Shown: one piece after another, positions 19,263 to 20,000 of the stretch
Numbering within the stretch: the stretch's first letter is position 1
How the letters are laid out: every line of letters begins with the position of its first letter
NCBI RefSeq assembly: GCF_011745625.1
Contig: NW_027191509.1
Coordinates: forward strand, 54,693 to 74,692
Length of the DNA: 20,000 nucleotides
Direction of reading: 5' to 3'
Source of the DNA: Cladosporium halotolerans
Lineage: Eukaryota
Program-made: the position numbers and the translations under genes
Notes under the pieces: generated by a model
The model's database searches: none
What the model saw: the letters and a program-made list of their open reading frames with translations, nothing else
Told to the model about the DNA's origin: nothing

Positions 19263-19739
19263 TTCTATACACTGATCAGCTGTGATCGAGGATCTTCTTG
19301 AGAATTATACTTACACTTCGCTCCGGAGCTGGGTTTCATGAACTCAACGTCGTTCTCCTTATTGTCTGCTCGAGCTTCTTCTATCATGCTTTCGATGCCT
19401 TTGTCTTTTAAGGCTTTCTGAATTCGCGCGTTAGTCTGTTTGCGGACCACTTAATGTCATCGACTGGTGTTTTCAAACGCACCGTCAAGCAGGTTTTGTA
19501 CTTCTGGAAAAGAGGCTCGCACTCATCCTCCTTTGCTGTGCCTCGAATGAACTCTGAGTTGGAGATCAGCTTCACGGTCCGGCGCTGCAGTACAGAAGCT
19601 CACTTACTCTCACTATACCACTTGAGAAAGCATGTGTCATATCGTCTGTACAAATACTGTCAGTATTCATCTCTCGCAGGACGTGACTCTCCACATACTC
19701 CTTGACCTCATTACATTCTGGCGCGAAGGAAGCCGACAT
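19263..19739 (-). CDS. MDM35: Mdm35/TRIAP1 twin CX9C mitochondrial intermembrane-space protein, 84 aa. Exons 19739-19699, 19645-19608, 19553-19483, 19417-19315, 19264-19263
   Basis: Manual splicing gives MSASFAPECNEVKERYDTCFLKWYSEKFIRGTAKEDECEPLFQKYKTCLTKALKDKGIESMIEEARADNKENDVEFMKPSSGAK*. Four introns of 53, 54, 65 and 50 nt have canonical donors, branch sites and acceptors. Confidence 0.95.
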
Positions 19740-20000
19740 GATAGGTGTTGGTCCGGCAGATTGTTGCTATGCTGAAAATGCTCGAAACGTACGCTGGCAG
19801 TTGTAATTGATGGCTCTGGCCTGGGGTGTCGAGTAAGTCCAAACGTGTATTATTTCATCGTTGAGAGCGACCAGCCGGAGGTTGTGGCGGCCAGCCGCCG
19901 AATAGAAGTCTTCCCCACCGTGTGCACAGACCCACCGCGTGCTCACGCGACGCGTTTGTCAACACATGGCTCTATCGTCGCATATCTCGACAGGAGGAAT

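Overview
Genomic window from a filamentous ascomycete, judged from 49-65 nt GT-AG introns with CTRAY-type branch sites; Dothideomycete is a guess. Seven genes are recognisable: a DNA ligase I-family paralog (-), a proline iminopeptidase/L-amino-acid amidase with one in-frame TGA at the Trp next to the catalytic Ser (-), a BTB/POZ protein (-), a three-KH-domain Rnc1-like RNA-binding protein (-), a Bli-3-like FMN split-barrel protein with an optional mitochondrial presequence (-), a secreted PL9 pectate lyase (+), and a five-exon MDM35 gene (-) that the ORF track captures only as a fragment. There is one assembly gap with duplicated flanks. The most striking unexplained feature is ~600-2850, which has no credible ORF. 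By hand it folds on the + strand into two very long arms of co-linearly nested helices, one capped by two copies of a 70-nt hairpin rich in 5' splice-site-like hexamers. This is a candidate ~2 kb structured non-coding RNA of unknown class. All pairings and gene models were read by eye; no folding program or database search was run.
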